Source: Paecilomyces variotii
Lineage: Eukaryota
Strand: one strand, 5' to 3'
Assembly (NCBI GenBank): GCA_004022145.1
Contig: RCNU01000010.1
Length of the DNA: 64,000 bases
Below the pieces are notes generated by a model. The model searched no databases. It saw only the letters and a program-made list of their open reading frames with translations, and was not told the origin of the DNA. Shown piece by piece: positions 61,831 through 64,000 of the stretch (its first letter is position 1; each line of letters starts with the position of its first letter). The position numbers were made by a program, and so were the translations under genes.

Positions 61831-64000
61831 TTACTCTTCCTCACTCTCCTCAGAATCGTCGTCTTCGTCGCTGCTCTCAACGTTTGCTTCGACCGACTGA
61901 ATTGGCTCTGGAGACCGAACCCCACCACCTTGGAAGCGGGAAAGATTGCTCTCAAGCATGTTGATCTGAGCTTCCTGTTCGTATTTGCTCATTGGTTTAT
62001 TCTTCTTTGGCTTCGGAGGCGCGGCACTCGGGATCGGAGCGTGTGGAATAACCTCCTCATCTTCTTCCATGACATGGGGAGCGTTCTTCTTGACGAACTT
62101 GAGAAGCATGACAAGAACTTCGTTGGGAAGCTCATCAATGTCAAGCTCGATCTCAGTCTCCTGTGTACCTTTGAGAGAAGGAACGTTGTTCTGGATGATC
62201 CGCAACGCTTCCTGCATTTTCTTGTCGGGCAGACTACTGATTCCATTGGAGATGATCCGCTTCTCCTGGTAGGTAACCAAGCGCTGCTTCTCCGGTTTCG
62301 AACTCTTGGCAGAAGCTTTCTTGTCCTTCTTGGAAAGGCCACCGGCTCTCTTGAGGTCTTTCTTTCCACTCTTGGATTTGCCCGACTTCTTGGCAGCCGG
62401 GGGAGTCTTCTTTTTCTTCTGGGTGATCGCTTCCACCTGCCTCGACATTTCCTCGATTTGGCGGCGAAGCAGTTGCAGCTTCTCACTGTCAGCATCATCA
62501 TCGCTGTCTTCTGCGTCCTCGTCGCTTTCCTCGTCCGAGGAAGAGACACTCTGATGCTCAGGATGAGGCTCATGCGCTTCGATCCAGCGTGCCTTCTGCG
62601 CCCATTTCGCGTCAAACACCTCCTGGAGCTTCTGGCCCGCAATGTAGGTGGGATCACCAGGGATATTGAATTTGAAGCAATTCTTGAAGATCTGGCGGAT
62701 ATCGATCTCGAATTCCTTGGAATTCTCGTATTGTCCAGCCTTCAACTTAGCCTGCACGGTAGAGAGATCCATGGGTCTCTTGATGATGTTATGATAGGTG
62801 GGGATATTAAGGGCGACAGGATCAACGGGAACGTAGAAAGGAGCGGCAATGTTGTAGTACTTGTGCTTGTGCAGCTCGTCCAAGACCTCTTGGCAGAACT
62901 TCAGCTCCCACTGGTACTTCTTCTTTTTTGGCTTGGTAGTATAAGGCAGGTCGCGCTTGGGAGGGTGAATGGAACGCTTGGGTCGACCATCAGCATTCGT
63001 AGAATCACGACGGATCAACGGCAAGCCTTCAGGTCCCAAGGCAAAAGTAGTACTCTGGGGCGGACTGGCAGCGGGTTTGGGAGGCGTCGGACCAGCAACA
63101 ACTCGCGATTCACGGCGCGCCGCTTGGGTCTTTGGTACAGAGACTGCAGCCTTCTTCGGCTTCTTCTCCTCAACCTCGTTGGCCCTGGGGAGATTGGTCA
63201 TAGACTTCTCGAAGCTCGCCTTCAGTCGCTGACCTTCCTGTGCGACAATGTGATCAGGCCCGTTGAAGACCAGGGCATTCTGGGCCATCAATCTGACATC
63301 ATCAGCCACGGCCTCAGGAGTCTCGTATTCGTTGTTTTTGAGCTTGCGCTCAATCGTCCCGAGGTCCATGGGCCGTGTGATGATGAGCGGGTAGTTGGGG
63401 ATATTCAGCTTGATGGGATCTACGGGCTCCTTGTAGAATCGCGCGTCGTGGGAGCGCTTCAGGTTCTGGACAGCCTTCAAAAGGAACTTGTGCTGCATCT
63501 TGGTAATACCAAACTGTCCGTCAGTTCCGTCAGTCGGTTGTCCCACTGGCGTCTCTGTCGCAGGCGTAGGCGTAGGCGGCAGCTCGGGAACCTTGAAGCC
63601 AGGAGCATCACCATTGGTCTTGGTACGCTTGGCAGCAGGCTCTTCGCTGCCATCGGCTTCACGTTCCCGCGAGACCTTGGTGGGTGACGGTGGCGCATCA
63701 ACCATCTCCTGGTCGGCAGATGGCTGAGCCGAGGTTTCCTGTGCAGAAGGAGCGGGTTTCGAGGGGGAGGGGTGATGAGGCAGGTCTGAGGGTGCTGCAG
63801 ACGCCGGCTTGGCCTCGGCCGTGTCCTGCATCTTGTTCTCAGAGGGCACGTTCTCAGGAACCGTGCTGGGGGCGGAGGCGTCCTGCGTAGAGACTGGAGT
63901 CGTGGAGGCCTGTTCAGGCTTCGGTTCTGAAGGCTCAGCGGGCTTGGGCTCAGTGTCTGTCTTTGCGGGTGCCGACTCATCCATCGAGTCCTTTGTACCG
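61831..64000 (-). CDS. BDF1: BET double-bromodomain protein Bdf1 (the 5' end probably lies beyond the window)
   Basis: Two bromodomains (FYKEPVDPIKLNIPNY..PMDLGTI and FYVPVDPVALNIPTY..PMDLSTV) and an ET domain (EIELDIDELP). The frame stays open to the window edge. Confidence 0.95.
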   Translation of the reverse strand, partial: GTKDSMDESAPAKTDTEPKPAEPSEPKPEQASTTPVSTQDASAPSTVPENVPSENKMQDTAEAKPASAAPSDLPHHPSPSKPAPSAQETSAQPSADQEMVDAPPSPTKVSREREADGSEEPAAKRTKTNGDAPGFKVPELPPTPTPATETPVGQPTDGTDGQFGITKMQHKFLLKAVQNLKRSHDARFYKEPVDPIKLNIPNYPLIITRPMDLGTIERKLKNNEYETPEAVADDVRLMAQNALVFNGPDHIVAQEGQRLKASFEKSMTNLPRANEVEEKKPKKAAVSVPKTQAARRESRVVAGPTPPKPAASPPQSTTFALGPEGLPLIRRDSTNADGRPKRSIHPPKRDLPYTTKPKKKKYQWELKFCQEVLDELHKHKYYNIAAPFYVPVDPVALNIPTYHNIIKRPMDLSTVQAKLKAGQYENSKEFEIDIRQIFKNCFKFNIPGDPTYIAGQKLQEVFDAKWAQKARWIEAHEPHPEHQSVSSSDEESDEDAEDSDDDADSEKLQLLRRQIEEMSRQVEAITQKKKKTPPAAKKSGKSKSGKKDLKRAGGLSKKDKKASAKSSKPEKQRLVTYQEKRIISNGISSLPDKKMQEALRIIQNNVPSLKGTQETEIELDIDELPNEVLVMLLKFVKKNAPHVMEEDEEVIPHAPIPSAAPPKPKKNKPMSKYEQEAQINMLESNLSRFQGGGVRSPEPIQSVEANVESSDEDDDSEESEEE

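Noticed and set aside
61822-63687. 621-aa ORF on the + strand
   Set aside because: Antisense shadow of BDF1 caused by codon bias; it has no recognisable motifs.

Overview
This is a 64-kb window of a filamentous ascomycete nuclear chromosome. Short GT-AG introns with CTRAY branch sites, a dispersed 5S gene and the protein sequences point to Eurotiales (Aspergillus/Penicillium-like). Most of the window is housekeeping genes: MCU, a QDE-2-type Argonaute, Ypd1, an arrestin-like protein, mitochondrial aspartate aminotransferase, Snu66, Pth2, Sec6, MrpL33, sphingosine-1-phosphate lyase, homocitrate synthase, a 2H phosphoesterase, frataxin, Dph3, a probable augmin subunit and Bdf1. Accessory-looking patches lie between them: a decayed DUF3716-like relic, a RidA-amine oxidase fusion, a frameshifted GIY-YIG-like gene, an intronless MDR dehydrogenase, and a PD-(D/E)XK-like gene with a 140-bp tandem repeat. 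Three RNA genes were read by eye: a 5S rRNA, an snR30/U17 H/ACA snoRNA and a tRNA-Thr(UGU). The standout is the tRNA. Its anticodon loop is split between positions 32 and 33 by a 52-nt insert with full spliceosomal signals (GTACGT...TACTAAT...TAG), in addition to an ordinary 12-nt tRNA intron at 37/38. All family assignments come from motif recognition, not from database searches.
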